64,000 nt of DNA. Source: Candidatus Omnitrophota bacterium (GTDB taxonomy: Bacteria > Omnitrophota > Gorgyraeia > JAHJTE01). Position numbers and translations under genes: made by a program. The DNA is taken from contig JAHJTE010000002.1 of assembly GCA_018830005.1 (NCBI GenBank), forward strand, positions 73,517-137,516. The letters run 5' to 3'. Under the pieces are notes generated by a model. That model was not told where the DNA came from, searched no databases, and saw only the letters and a program-made list of their open reading frames with translations. How positions within the stretch are numbered: position 1 is the stretch's first letter; every line of letters begins with the position of its first letter. This document shows, in pieces, positions 19,065 through 30,081 of the stretch.

Positions 19065-21041
19065 TTATGTTCTTACTTTACAGTTGTATTCCAATGATTG
19101 ATAAAGGCACTCAGTACTTTTAACCATCCTATCAATGGAAAAATGCCGACGCACCCGTTTATGTCCGGTCTCTCCCATCTTTTTGGCCAAGACTGGATCT
19201 TTGATTAATTTTTCCATTGTATCGGCCAAAGCCGTCGCATTATCAGGCGGCACCAAATATCCTGTCTCACCATTTACGACTTGCTCTCCATTGCCACCCA
19301 CATCTGTTGCAATAACAGGAATCCTTTTCTCCATACATTCACAGATAGCAACAGAAAGCCCTTCGGTTATAGAAGAAAGAACCGATATATCCGCTACATC
19401 CAAAATTCTTGGCACATCTTTTCGCAAACCCGTAAATGTTAATTTATGTTTATCAATCAAATCCTGCCCTTGTCTTATAAGAGACTCTTTCAAGGGCCCC
19501 TCCCCGATGATAAAAGCATTAAAATCTATATCCTTAAGATCAAGCATTCTCAATGCCTCAATAAAAATATGATTGGCTTTTTGGGGAACTAACCGTCCAA
19601 TATTGACAATTACAGGATCGGCGTTGCGCATATTCAATTCGTCACGTATTGCTTGGATATGCGTTTTGTTTGTTATTTTTTCGCTTGGCGGAACACAGTT
19701 GTAAATCACTTCCATTTTTGAAATGGGAATCCCAACAATATTTGCGTAAAACTTTTTAACCTCCTTACTAACAACGATAACTTTATCGGTCACGCGCGAT
19801 AAAATCCTATCGAACATTTTTTGATACCATTTTTTCCAGAAATCTACATTTTGCTCTGTCGCAATAGTAACAGGGGTATTTGTCAATTTAGCGGCAATGC
19901 GGCCCCAGAAGTTTCCACCCCACATATGCGTATGAACAATATGAATATCGTTGCCTCTAATAATTTTCATAATTCTTCCAATGATCGAGAAATCTATACC
20001 TCTTTTTTTATTCAGTGCAAATATTTTGACGACTGAATCTCTTACCGAATCAGCAAATTCGCCTTCGTCATTCAGGCAACATAAGAATAATCTGTACTTA
20101 TCTTTATTCGTGCCGCGAATCAAATGGATAAGAGCTTGTTCCCCACCACCCAAGCCGAGACTCCAAATTACATGTAAAATATTAATTTTGGTATTCGCCT
20201 TATGCCTTTTATTATTCGTCTCGCGTTTTAATTCTTTTCGTTTCTGCACTTGCTTATGCATCCATTCAAAAGCTCCGGCTATTTTTTTCCTAAAATCAAA
20301 CAAATTGTCAAAACCGCTTATTTCTATCCGCTGCATTTCCAAAGCTGGAGTTTCTTCAGTATTTATGCCCGGTTTTATAGTAAAAGCGACACCGCACCCT
20401 ATTTCCTTTAAAATCTCTAATGTATCTTGATTGTAATCACCATAAGGATAACAGAATATCTTCTGGTCAATTTCAGAATTAAGATGCTGACGCAATATGG
20501 CAATGCCTTTAAGAATTTCTTCTTTTTGTTGGCTCTTGGTTAGCTGTGACAAATGAAGGTGTGTAGCTGTGTGATTGCCAAACGTAATTTCACCTTCAGC
20601 CATTTTTTTTACTTCTTGCCAATTTAACATATCAGGGTCTGGCATTTGAACAAAGCGCTGGGCTTTATAATTAGTCCCAATTCTATCCGTTGCTAAAAAG
20701 ATACAAGCTGATAAATTTAATTCCTTAAGAATAGGGTGAGCATTCAAATAATTATCACGATAGCCGTCGTCAAAAGTTATAACAACTACGGGTTTTTGCT
20801 GGTTATAAATTAGCTTTATTCTATTTTCCGGGTTAATCAGTTCTGTTACGCTGACAACCTTACAGTGTTTTTTTAAATACTTTGCCTGTGCATGAAAAAT
20901 AGCTACGGGCGTATTGAGCTCGCTGGGGGGTAAATCATCGTTAACCCGATGATATGTCAAGACAATAATACCTTCCCGCTTTTTAAAGAAACTCAATAGA
21001 TAAAAAAATGTGCTCAGTAGTGATCTGGCAATATATTTCAT
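19065..21041 (-). CDS. Polysaccharide deacetylase + GT4 glycosyltransferase fusion
   Basis: LTYHRV, TFDDGY, NHTATH, YPYG followed by GGGEQ, RLVPQK, EGLS...E. Confidence 0.88.
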   Translation of the reverse strand: MKYIARSLLSTFFYLLSFFKKREGIIVLTYHRVNDDLPPSELNTPVAIFHAQAKYLKKHCKVVSVTELINPENRIKLIYNQQKPVVVITFDDGYRDNYLNAHPILKELNLSACIFLATDRIGTNYKAQRFVQMPDPDMLNWQEVKKMAEGEITFGNHTATHLHLSQLTKSQQKEEILKGIAILRQHLNSEIDQKIFCYPYGDYNQDTLEILKEIGCGVAFTIKPGINTEETPALEMQRIEISGFDNLFDFRKKIAGAFEWMHKQVQKRKELKRETNNKRHKANTKINILHVIWSLGLGGGEQALIHLIRGTNKDKYRLFLCCLNDEGEFADSVRDSVVKIFALNKKRGIDFSIIGRIMKIIRGNDIHIVHTHMWGGNFWGRIAAKLTNTPVTIATEQNVDFWKKWYQKMFDRILSRVTDKVIVVSKEVKKFYANIVGIPISKMEVIYNCVPPSEKITNKTHIQAIRDELNMRNADPVIVNIGRLVPQKANHIFIEALRMLDLKDIDFNAFIIGEGPLKESLIRQGQDLIDKHKLTFTGLRKDVPRILDVADISVLSSITEGLSVAICECMEKRIPVIATDVGGNGEQVVNGETGYLVPPDNATALADTMEKLIKDPVLAKKMGETGHKRVRRHFSIDRMVKSTECLYQSLEYNCKVRT

Positions 21042-23362
21042 AAACTACCCATAAACAAATTTCTTAACTGTGCCGCGTTATTTATTACATCGAATTTTTC
21101 TTTTACGATTCTCTGCGCTGAAACTAACAACTTTTCTCTGAGTTTATTGTCATGATATAACTTTTCGATGGCATCGGCAATCATTGCAGAATTCTTTTCA
21201 GGAATAATCAAGCCAGTTTCTCCGTCCTTAATTAATTCCGGAAGAGACGGTAACATCGTACAAATAACCGACGCACCGGCCGCAATGGCCTCCATAAGCA
21301 CATTAGGTATGCCCCAGTGAATTTCGGGAACCATAGACAGTACAAAAACATCAGCTTGTCGATAAATCGGTATAAGCCGTTCCTGAGTTACATAGCCCGT
21401 TATCTCAACATTATCTTTGAGGTTTAGTGAATCGACTTGAGCCTTTAGCTCTTCTTCTAACTTACCACCACCGGCAATCGTACATTTGAATGAGAAACCT
21501 CTCTCTTTTAATATCTTGCATGCGTCAATAAGATACTTAAATCCTTTACATTCAAGTAATGAGCCTACTGATAATATTCTAAAAATTCCGCCATCTTCTT
21601 TAATTTTTTTTCGGGGGACCAATCTACTAATATCAATACCATGATAATTAATGATGATTTTCTTAGGTTCAAAATGACGTTTATTTCGGTTTTGCACCAC
21701 ATCAAGTAGGCGCCTTTTATTATCAGCTGTACATGTTGTTATAAACCTGGCATAATGCATTTTTTCAGCCAGCATAGTTGTATCGAGATAGATATCATGG
21801 GCATGCCCTGTAAAACTAAATAGGATTCGATTTACCTTAGAGATAACAAAGGCAATTGTTGCCGGATATGTAGCCCATTGACCATGAACATGTGTAATTT
21901 TTTGCTTCTTAGTTAACCAAGCAAAACCAATTGTTTTAGGCCAAGCAATCATCGTCTTTAAGAAAAAGTTTGGGCTCGCAATATTGCCAAAGAAGACTAC
22001 TGTAAAAGCAGTAATATATCGAATCGGATAGCGAATGAAATAAAACAGGTTAATGGCGATTACCTTTAAGGATATAAAAGGAAGGTAATGCGTTATGTCT
22101 ATTAAACCTTTTGCTTCTTCATGAATGATTTCGTCTTTCGGCGTTTTGATTGAATAAATGATAAAATTCAATCCGCTTTTTTTTAATTGTGCGAGTTCAC
22201 GCAAAATAAATGTCTCGCTATACCGAGGGAATGAGGAAACGATAAACGCGACCTTGGGTTTTAACAACTGTTGATAAAGATCTTCTGTATTCTGTGCTAA
22301 TTTCTGGGAGCTAAAGTGTTTTCTAACGCGATTGTATCCTGCTTGCCCCATACGTGTTCTTAATTCTTTATTGTTCAATAATTGAATTAACTTTTCAGCC
22401 ATAAATTGAGGATTGGACTCTGGAACAAAAAAACCTGTTTTGTTATTGATAATCAATTCCTGACATCCGTCGACATTAGTAGCCACAACAGGCTTGGAGC
22501 AAGCCATATACTCTAAAATCACATTAGGGCAACCCTCATAATGCGTCGAAAGTACGCCAACGTCTATCATATTACTTAAATCAGGCATATCCTTGCGCAC
22601 ACCTGTGAAAATTATGTTAGGAATTCCTTGTTTCTTTACGTATTGTTCAAGCTCTGCCTTCTTTTTACCGTCTCCTATAGCGAGGAAATAAACATTCTTC
22701 ATGAGCCCAGATACTCCTACAGCCGCGGCAAAAAATGTTTCATAATCCTTTTGCAGACTAAAACGGGCTACCATGCCCACGATAAGCGCATCTTCAGGGA
22801 TACCCAAATCTTTGCGCAATTCCTGTGGATGACTCAAGTGTTCAAAACGCTTTGTATCCATTCCATTGTAGATTGTTACAATTTTTTTCGAATCGAGCTT
22901 TCTTTCACGTATCAAGAATGTTCTAAGCGATTCGGCATTTACCGTAATGACATCCGTAAACCACGATAAAATTCTATCCGCAAATATATGGTGAGGCTTC
23001 ATCCATAAATTCCGGTCCCGAATAGAACAAATAATATTTTTTATACCAGCAATCTTTGCGGCTAAACGACCATAACAATCCGCCGTAAATAAATATGTGT
23101 GGACAATTTGAGGTTTCTCCTTCTTAAACAGACGAATCATATCAATTAACGTCCGCGCATTAAAGAACCCCTTGTGTCGAAAACTGATAATCTCATAACC
23201 TAAATCACTAATTTTATGGCCTAATAAATTGTAAGTCTCGTCTAAATTGACAATTTTAATATCGTACACATTGCGATTAGCAAACTTGAGATACTCAAGA
23301 ATCTGTTGTTGTGCCCCTCCTATCCCCAGATGGTCAATAACGATGATAAGCTTAGTCTTCAC
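21038..23362 (-). CDS. Tandem GT4-GT4 glycosyltransferase
   Basis: Two GT-B units: GGAQQ..EGCPNVILE and FPRYSETFILRE..GIPNVLMEA. Confidence 0.88.
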   Translation of the reverse strand: MKTKLIIVIDHLGIGGAQQQILEYLKFANRNVYDIKIVNLDETYNLLGHKISDLGYEIISFRHKGFFNARTLIDMIRLFKKEKPQIVHTYLFTADCYGRLAAKIAGIKNIICSIRDRNLWMKPHHIFADRILSWFTDVITVNAESLRTFLIRERKLDSKKIVTIYNGMDTKRFEHLSHPQELRKDLGIPEDALIVGMVARFSLQKDYETFFAAAVGVSGLMKNVYFLAIGDGKKKAELEQYVKKQGIPNIIFTGVRKDMPDLSNMIDVGVLSTHYEGCPNVILEYMACSKPVVATNVDGCQELIINNKTGFFVPESNPQFMAEKLIQLLNNKELRTRMGQAGYNRVRKHFSSQKLAQNTEDLYQQLLKPKVAFIVSSFPRYSETFILRELAQLKKSGLNFIIYSIKTPKDEIIHEEAKGLIDITHYLPFISLKVIAINLFYFIRYPIRYITAFTVVFFGNIASPNFFLKTMIAWPKTIGFAWLTKKQKITHVHGQWATYPATIAFVISKVNRILFSFTGHAHDIYLDTTMLAEKMHYARFITTCTADNKRRLLDVVQNRNKRHFEPKKIIINYHGIDISRLVPRKKIKEDGGIFRILSVGSLLECKGFKYLIDACKILKERGFSFKCTIAGGGKLEEELKAQVDSLNLKDNVEITGYVTQERLIPIYRQADVFVLSMVPEIHWGIPNVLMEAIAAGASVICTMLPSLPELIKDGETGLIIPEKNSAMIADAIEKLYHDNKLREKLLVSAQRIVKEKFDVINNAAQLRNLFMGSL

Positions 23363-23415
23363 AATTTACTCCCATGAACGATAGGCCCCGCCTTCTTTTA
23401 ATCCGCAAATGCCAC

Positions 23416-26400
23416 TCATTGATTTACCTTATCCTTCTTAATAAACTCAAAAGCCCCGATATCCGGGAATCCGTCACTCCGAAGATTATTATCATAATCA
23501 TTGGTGATGCTGTTAATAATAACACCGGCATCAATTGCCTTAGAATTCACTGTAAGCTTAAGACCACCGTCCGTAAAAGTATCATCGTTGGCAAATCCCG
23601 GCTCAGCAAACTTACTCCCCTTCTCTTGCTCTGGATAATCCACCTTTTTTAACCATGTTTTAAAATCAATATCATTCGCCCTAAACCATTTAGAGCCAAG
23701 ATGAAAGGGCTTTTTCTTACTGGAATGATACCAAAGGTTATGATCAAAAGACAAACCAAGAAAAGGCTCGCGTCTCCCTAATGGATCGGTCTTTATGTGT
23801 AGCAGATAAGTACTTGAATGCTTGGCAGAGACAATATTATTAAAAATGGAAACATTTTCATTGTTTCCACCATTATATGGAATCTTAATTCCTATAAAGT
23901 CTTCACCATTACCTTTTGCGTTCGGAAGGACAATGGTATTGTGGGCAATGAGAATATTTTTCATAGCGGAACCCCTAACGGCACCATAATGCGTTATTCC
24001 TCTGCGACAATTGACAATAATATTATTAGTAATCCTTATATTAGAGGTAACAGCTGGAGATTTTTCGTCGGCTGTCATGATACCCTCCGCTCTAAGACGC
24101 CGAAAACATTTTCCATCACGCGAGTTCTTGTCACCGTTGTTATATAAATCTCGCATATTAGGTTCATGACAGAAAATAAGATTCCCCTCGACAAGCACAT
24201 CTTTCCTCTTATTTATGTAGATATTGACGCTCCAATTATCAGAAACTATGTTATCTTTAATAATAGCGCCGTCCCCAGGCGCACCTATACCTTCACCGCC
24301 GTTTTGACTGATGATATTACCGATAATTTTTACATCTTTAGCATAAAAACCATCAATACCTTTACCCCAGCCACTGTCTTTCCATCTTCCTCTTGGCCAA
24401 TTACGCATGAAGTTATAATAAATGCGATTCTTAATAATTTCTGTGCCGTGGGAGACCTTTTTCCCATAATTAAACATGCTAATACCACTGTTACCGTTAA
24501 AGAGAATATTGCATCGTTCGATTCGGTTATGGTCGCCCAATATCTCAATGCCTTTGCCTCCGGCATACTTTATCGTTAAACCATAGAGCGTAACATACTG
24601 AGCCCCGCTTAAGAATATGGCATGCTGTTTTTTACTATCCTCAATAACCCCAACTTCAGAATCATTGGGGTTGGTTCCGTTTGGCGCGTAAACATAGAGA
24701 ACTTTTTCTTTCCAGCTGTAATACCATGTTTCTTCCTTTACATCCCTTAAGGAAAATTCTGGGAAAAGTGGCGTTTCATTAATAACAACAGCAACCGGTT
24801 TATCCAAACATTCGGTTTTATAGATATTTCGTTTATACGGTAACCATTTGCCGATATTCATCGATGCATCAATAACGACTTCCCCGTCTCCAAAAGGGCC
24901 AATCATTATTCGGTTCTCAGGGCTTCCCTTCTGGTAAATAGTAATTCGATTTATTTTATATCGACCGGATTTTATAAGAATTATGTCGCCCCCTTTTAAT
25001 TCTTTAAGGGCTCTCTCGATGGTTTTGAACGCATGATCTAGAGAATTACCGATGTTTCCATCATTTCCATTTTTCCCATCAACATAATAGTCTCTGCCGA
25101 TTGGAGTATGCGAAAAATCGTTATAAACACTAAGTGCTTTTGTGCCGCTGGAATTCCACCAACGACTATCGGTTTGCGCATATGCTGATGGAACAATAAA
25201 GAAAATAAATGCTATTACGCCGAGCAGGGCGACATTATGCCTTTTATTGTTTTTTCTATTCGACACTACCTGTTTCCCTTGGGCAACAAATCCTTTGCTA
25301 GCAGCTAATAACCCCAATATTATCCAAAAACTACCTACGACATTATCTCGGAAAAAATTAGAGTAAAATATGTTAACAACCATTAATGCCGTTAAACAGC
25401 CGATAAAACCTGCACCTAAATAATTAAATTCAGATTTTATTAGTGTTTTTGCTTCAAAGAATATGCACCATAACAACCACAAAAAGGCCAAAAGCCCCAA
25501 ACTGCCCATCTCCGCCATAATTTGAATAAAGCCATTGTGCGGATCAAAATTGCGCTCATAAGAAATCCGATAGTCCAACTGATTAAAGCCTATTCCCATT
25601 ATAGGATGTGCATAAAACAAATCCAATGCCACTTGCCATTTGAAAATGCGGCCTTGTGAACCTACATCAAGACTGGAAATATCAAGACTCTCTTCGGATT
25701 GCTGCTCATCGACCGTAACCGTGTCATCAATGCGATTAATGAGTGATTGAGGCATCCAATAGCGCCATTTTATTATTCCCAAGGAACCGACGATACACAG
25801 CATAACAATCAAAATTTTTGAGCGCTTCAAAAGAAATTTAAATGAAGAAAAAAACGTAATCGCGCTTCCGAGAATAATCGCGAGTAACGAACCTCTGGAA
25901 TAAGTAGACAACACGCCAGCAAAAATAGCAATAAATCCAATTCCACTAATCAACTTTAATATTTTCTGCTTAGCAAAAAGAAAATAAGAAAATAAAAAAG
26001 GGCCGAACATAGCTAAAAATGCTCCTGCGATATCCGAAGCCCTCCATGATTCACCGAAGGGACCAAATCCTCTTTTGTGGTCGGCAAAACTGGGCCCTTC
26101 CAATATTCCGGTGCGAAATGTATAAAAACCAATAATAGCAAGACTAATTAAAAAAACATTAAAAAGTAATCGCGATTCTTTTTTTGTCTTTACGCAGTAA
26201 GTAAAAACAAAATACCCGATTGGCAAAGTAATAAGCCTTTTAAAGTTCGTGGCTAGTACTATTACCGGCGTTCCCACGGATTGTATGGTTTGAAACACTG
26301 CATAAAAAAAAGACACTGTCCAAATAAACAAAAAAAAGAATAATGGAAGTTCAAATTTTGGACGTATCCTCAGGTGTTTTCTTCCGGAGATGAGCATTCC

Positions 26401-26508
26401 TAAAAAAATTACATTAAATATATCCACAATCGCTCCCACAGGAAGCTGCGGAATCTTAAGTCGAAACGGGAGATAAAACATATAAAGAATGAATATAAAA
26501 GTTTTCAT
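23416..26508 (-). CDS. O-antigen ligase/Wzy-like membrane domain fused to a right-handed beta-helix domain
   Basis: TYSRGS, R..KW, HPIMGIG, PHNGFIQ..AEMG; then YYVDG..GND.N.G...AFKTI, Asn-rich repeats, AIDAG...PDIGAFE. Confidence 0.85.
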   Translation of the reverse strand: MKTFIFILYMFYLPFRLKIPQLPVGAIVDIFNVIFLGMLISGRKHLRIRPKFELPLFFFLFIWTVSFFYAVFQTIQSVGTPVIVLATNFKRLITLPIGYFVFTYCVKTKKESRLLFNVFLISLAIIGFYTFRTGILEGPSFADHKRGFGPFGESWRASDIAGAFLAMFGPFLFSYFLFAKQKILKLISGIGFIAIFAGVLSTYSRGSLLAIILGSAITFFSSFKFLLKRSKILIVMLCIVGSLGIIKWRYWMPQSLINRIDDTVTVDEQQSEESLDISSLDVGSQGRIFKWQVALDLFYAHPIMGIGFNQLDYRISYERNFDPHNGFIQIMAEMGSLGLLAFLWLLWCIFFEAKTLIKSEFNYLGAGFIGCLTALMVVNIFYSNFFRDNVVGSFWIILGLLAASKGFVAQGKQVVSNRKNNKRHNVALLGVIAFIFFIVPSAYAQTDSRWWNSSGTKALSVYNDFSHTPIGRDYYVDGKNGNDGNIGNSLDHAFKTIERALKELKGGDIILIKSGRYKINRITIYQKGSPENRIMIGPFGDGEVVIDASMNIGKWLPYKRNIYKTECLDKPVAVVINETPLFPEFSLRDVKEETWYYSWKEKVLYVYAPNGTNPNDSEVGVIEDSKKQHAIFLSGAQYVTLYGLTIKYAGGKGIEILGDHNRIERCNILFNGNSGISMFNYGKKVSHGTEIIKNRIYYNFMRNWPRGRWKDSGWGKGIDGFYAKDVKIIGNIISQNGGEGIGAPGDGAIIKDNIVSDNWSVNIYINKRKDVLVEGNLIFCHEPNMRDLYNNGDKNSRDGKCFRRLRAEGIMTADEKSPAVTSNIRITNNIIVNCRRGITHYGAVRGSAMKNILIAHNTIVLPNAKGNGEDFIGIKIPYNGGNNENVSIFNNIVSAKHSSTYLLHIKTDPLGRREPFLGLSFDHNLWYHSSKKKPFHLGSKWFRANDIDFKTWLKKVDYPEQEKGSKFAEPGFANDDTFTDGGLKLTVNSKAIDAGVIINSITNDYDNNLRSDGFPDIGAFEFIKKDKVNQ

Positions 26509-26512
26509 CGGT

Positions 26513-27682
26513 TTAGCTTCTCGACAATGCCCTTCGATATATCTCTTCTATTTTCCGAGCCTCATCCGTTACATTAAAAACTTCTTCGGCCCTTTTACGT
26601 CCCCTCACGCCCATTGTTTTAGCCACATCGGGGTTTTTTAGAAGATACATCATTTTTTCTACCATAGCTTCAATGTCTCCGGGAGGCACGATAAATCCGG
26701 TATCGCTATCAACAACAACCTCAGATGGCCCCGGGATATTCGTCACAATGACTGGTTTTTGTAATGCCATAGCTTCAATAATTACATTTGGCATGCCTTC
26801 GGGAAACGTTGTTGACGCCAAAACCATAATATCCAAACCGGATATAATATCTTTTATATCGTTTCGCCAGCCCGTGAAAATCACGTTTTCTGTTAGCCCG
26901 TTTTTTTCAGTCAATTTTTTTACTTCAGAAAAATATTGTTTATCTCCACCTTTCGAATCACCAACGACGACAAACTTCACATCCGGCATATTCTCTATAA
27001 CGCACTTTGCCGCCAAGATAAATTCTTTTTGGCCTTTTCCTTCAACAATTCTTCCTACCATACCCACGAGCCGAGAAGAATTTAGTTCAAATTCATTCTT
27101 GAACTTTTCCGGATGAACATCATTGAATTCTCCTAAATCAATTCCATCATACACAATATTAATTTTGTTTTGTGGAATATCATTCTGATAAGTCTTAAGC
27201 GCTGCTTTATTTAAAATAAGAAATTGATTGATGAATCTGACAAAAAAACTTTCGCGCCTAATAAGCTTTCGCGTTTGCCTAACATGACAAAAAACCTTTC
27301 TGTTTGACAATCTCCCTGCGATAATCATAGGAATGCCAGAAATAATATTGGTATTTATGTGGATTAATTTTATGTTTTCCCTCCAAATAAAAAATAACAG
27401 TTTAAACGAAAGCGGTATCACGCGAAAAATAAATAAGAATAAAAAAAGTAATTTTCCGGCATTATCAATATCTTCTGCATTTTTAAACGGTATTTCTATA
27501 ACCCGAAACCCAGCTGATTCTATCCGCTTGAATTGAGGCCCTCTGTTATGAATAACAACAATTGGGAAGAATGTATCTATATCCAAGTTTTTTAAAATAT
27601 GGTACAAATTACTTCCTGAACCTCCAAAACCAGAGCTTGCTTCATAGAATAGAACGTTTAATTTTGCCACAATTGTCTCCAA
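26513..27682 (-). CDS. Glycosyltransferase family 4
   Basis: GGSG, GRIVEGKG, EGMPNVIIEAMA. Confidence 0.9.
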   Translation of the reverse strand: METIVAKLNVLFYEASSGFGGSGSNLYHILKNLDIDTFFPIVVIHNRGPQFKRIESAGFRVIEIPFKNAEDIDNAGKLLFLFLFIFRVIPLSFKLLFFIWRENIKLIHINTNIISGIPMIIAGRLSNRKVFCHVRQTRKLIRRESFFVRFINQFLILNKAALKTYQNDIPQNKINIVYDGIDLGEFNDVHPEKFKNEFELNSSRLVGMVGRIVEGKGQKEFILAAKCVIENMPDVKFVVVGDSKGGDKQYFSEVKKLTEKNGLTENVIFTGWRNDIKDIISGLDIMVLASTTFPEGMPNVIIEAMALQKPVIVTNIPGPSEVVVDSDTGFIVPPGDIEAMVEKMMYLLKNPDVAKTMGVRGRKRAEEVFNVTDEARKIEEIYRRALSRS

Positions 27683-27725
27683 TTTCGTAAATAAATATAT
27701 AAATCCATGATTTCATTATTAAACT

Positions 27726-28814
27726 TTAAACATTAATAGCCGCAGAGATAAAATTGCTTCTTTTTCGTTGAATATCTTTATAATAACTAACACGATCAAA
27801 TATTTTCTTCTGAATTATTTCTGTATTGTCGTATAGCTCATTTATATTATCTATTATTAAATCTAGCGATAAATTATCCGTCCGCATGTTAAATTTCTCA
27901 AGCCCCATAGACATCATAAAATCAAGACATTTAGGTCTGTATTCAAGCATAATCGAAGGAGTATATGAACACATAGCTAAGATAACAGAATGCATTTTTT
28001 CTCCTACAAACAAATCGCATGTCTCGAAAAATTGCATAATTTTACGCATTGATTTATATTCATTGAATACCGATACACCCCTACCAATTTTTCTTGCTGC
28101 TGTTTTAATAAACAATAAATCTTTTTCGCAAACTGGCATGAATTTGATATTCCATTTTTTACTGAGCATAATATTAGCGAATTTAACAATAAACTCTAGA
28201 ATATCGTCGTCTCTTCCCCATTGTCCAGAATCAGATACGCCAATATTGATGCCAATAACTTTCCTCCTTTTTTTCGCAATAATACCCGGCTTTGCTAACG
28301 ATAATGAAATGTCGCCAATGACTTCTGCTTTATCAAATCCTCGCTCGCATAATAATTGTTGTGATATCGGGCCTCTTACTCCTACAAATATTGATTTATT
28401 TAAAATTTCTAACCATTCATTTAGTGAATCTTGCCAATTTTTGACTCTATTCCAAAAAATCGGATTCCTAACACCTGTCCCAAAAACGAAAGTTTTACCA
28501 TATCTTTCTTGGGCTATTCTGTATTTTTCATGATATCCTTTAGCATTAATCAGTGTACCGCCGCCTTGACATACAGCTTGAAACATTTCCCTTTTTTTAA
28601 TTTTTTCGAATAATTCAATTTTGTGGGTAAATTTAAACGGCAATACGTCAAACTGACAAAAAAGTCTTTTAAATGCTTCGAACATTATCTCATCACCGAG
28701 ATTACCAAAGCCTACCCATCCAATATACCCTATTCGCCTTTTAAATGGCAATAGATACCGCCAATTCCTTCCTGCTGAGTTAATAATTGATAAAAAAGAT
28801 GCCATGTTATCCAA
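27726..28814 (-). CDS. Polysaccharide pyruvyl transferase family protein
   Basis: GNLGDE, GGGT, VGVRG, KMHSVI. Confidence 0.85.
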   Translation of the reverse strand: MDNMASFLSIINSAGRNWRYLLPFKRRIGYIGWVGFGNLGDEIMFEAFKRLFCQFDVLPFKFTHKIELFEKIKKREMFQAVCQGGGTLINAKGYHEKYRIAQERYGKTFVFGTGVRNPIFWNRVKNWQDSLNEWLEILNKSIFVGVRGPISQQLLCERGFDKAEVIGDISLSLAKPGIIAKKRRKVIGINIGVSDSGQWGRDDDILEFIVKFANIMLSKKWNIKFMPVCEKDLLFIKTAARKIGRGVSVFNEYKSMRKIMQFFETCDLFVGEKMHSVILAMCSYTPSIMLEYRPKCLDFMMSMGLEKFNMRTDNLSLDLIIDNINELYDNTEIIQKKIFDRVSYYKDIQRKRSNFISAAINV

Positions 28815-28824
28815 TATAAATCAT

Positions 28825-30063
28825 TTAATTGATATTGAAATTTAACTTAACGCTGTGAGCAACTTTAAGAAAAAATGAATATAATTTAGCAAGTTTCCCA
28901 CCAAGACATTGCTCATCAAACCTACGTATATTCCCTTTAGCCCCGGCATCATCAAGAATAGCCCGGGCAAGATCGTAGCGTTTTTGCGCTTCAAGCAGGT
29001 CTACAAGCGCTAGGTAATTAATCTTAAAATCAATTTGATTTTGGTGCCTGAAAGCTCTTTTGAGTTCCTGAGGAGATAGATCATGAATAGGAAAAGCCTC
29101 TGCATATTTTAATTTGCCTATTGCTAACAGCATAGCCATTGTTTTAATACATTTAATACATCTACCGCAATTTAAGAATTTATCATGATTGATAGTGCAA
29201 ACTCTTAAATTCTGTAAAGCAATATCCCAATCAGCAATTATTTTAATCTTTTCAATCCTAGCAGATAATTTATCATGAATTATTTTTAAATCTAAGCTGC
29301 TATAATTGCGATCTAATGAAGGGTGGGATCCCCATGGTTGCAAATTTCTCGGAGAATCTGTAGAAGCAATATACATCATACTTATTCTTGAAGTAAAACA
29401 ATGTGCAACTGAGGAAAGAGCGGCGCCATGAAACCATTTAATCCAAAAGTCGACATCACTATACAAATGTCTAACATTAGTAAAAACTGGTATCAGATTA
29501 ACCTGCGCTTCTTTAGCAACTTCTGCGGCGCTCTTCATTGCTCTATCAAAGATGTCAAACTTTTTTTCTGAATTCTCATCATGGTAGATATCGAACCCAT
29601 GAACGAGAAAGCAATCTTTAATAGAAGAGGGGTGATTTAGGGGGTAAGTAAGGCGGTTATTGCGTAAAGAAAAAATTGAATCCACTCCTCCTGAAAAAAA
29701 TAGTCCAGCCCGATTTCTCCGATTCGTAGACGTTGAACTTGCCTTTATATTTGCATCAATTTGAATGGGCCTATATTGAGAACCATACCATTTTCTGAAG
29801 GTCTGTATATTGGTCACTATGCCCTTATGCAGAATCGAACAAACTTCTCCCTCTATTTTTATCCTTTTTTCTCCCAAATACATAGCTGGTAAACAACAAC
29901 CAACCAAAAAAGCATTGGGGTTGACTACCAAATCATCTCTAAATTCATCACTTGTTTCAAAATAAATATCAAGGCTTGCCTTGTCTACATCTTCCCAGAC
30001 AACGGTGGCAACTGCTCGACTTAAACCATCTCTTGTTTCTTCTCTTATATTTTTGATTTCCAC
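28825..30063 (-). CDS. PP-loop (adenine nucleotide alpha-hydrolase-like) polysaccharide-locus protein
   Basis: FSGGVDS, PWGSHP, LRVC...NCGRCIKC. Confidence 0.6.
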   Translation of the reverse strand: MEIKNIREETRDGLSRAVATVVWEDVDKASLDIYFETSDEFRDDLVVNPNAFLVGCCLPAMYLGEKRIKIEGEVCSILHKGIVTNIQTFRKWYGSQYRPIQIDANIKASSTSTNRRNRAGLFFSGGVDSIFSLRNNRLTYPLNHPSSIKDCFLVHGFDIYHDENSEKKFDIFDRAMKSAAEVAKEAQVNLIPVFTNVRHLYSDVDFWIKWFHGAALSSVAHCFTSRISMMYIASTDSPRNLQPWGSHPSLDRNYSSLDLKIIHDKLSARIEKIKIIADWDIALQNLRVCTINHDKFLNCGRCIKCIKTMAMLLAIGKLKYAEAFPIHDLSPQELKRAFRHQNQIDFKINYLALVDLLEAQKRYDLARAILDDAGAKGNIRRFDEQCLGGKLAKLYSFFLKVAHSVKLNFNIN

Positions 30064-30081
30064 TTTTCGTACCTCAGCTAA

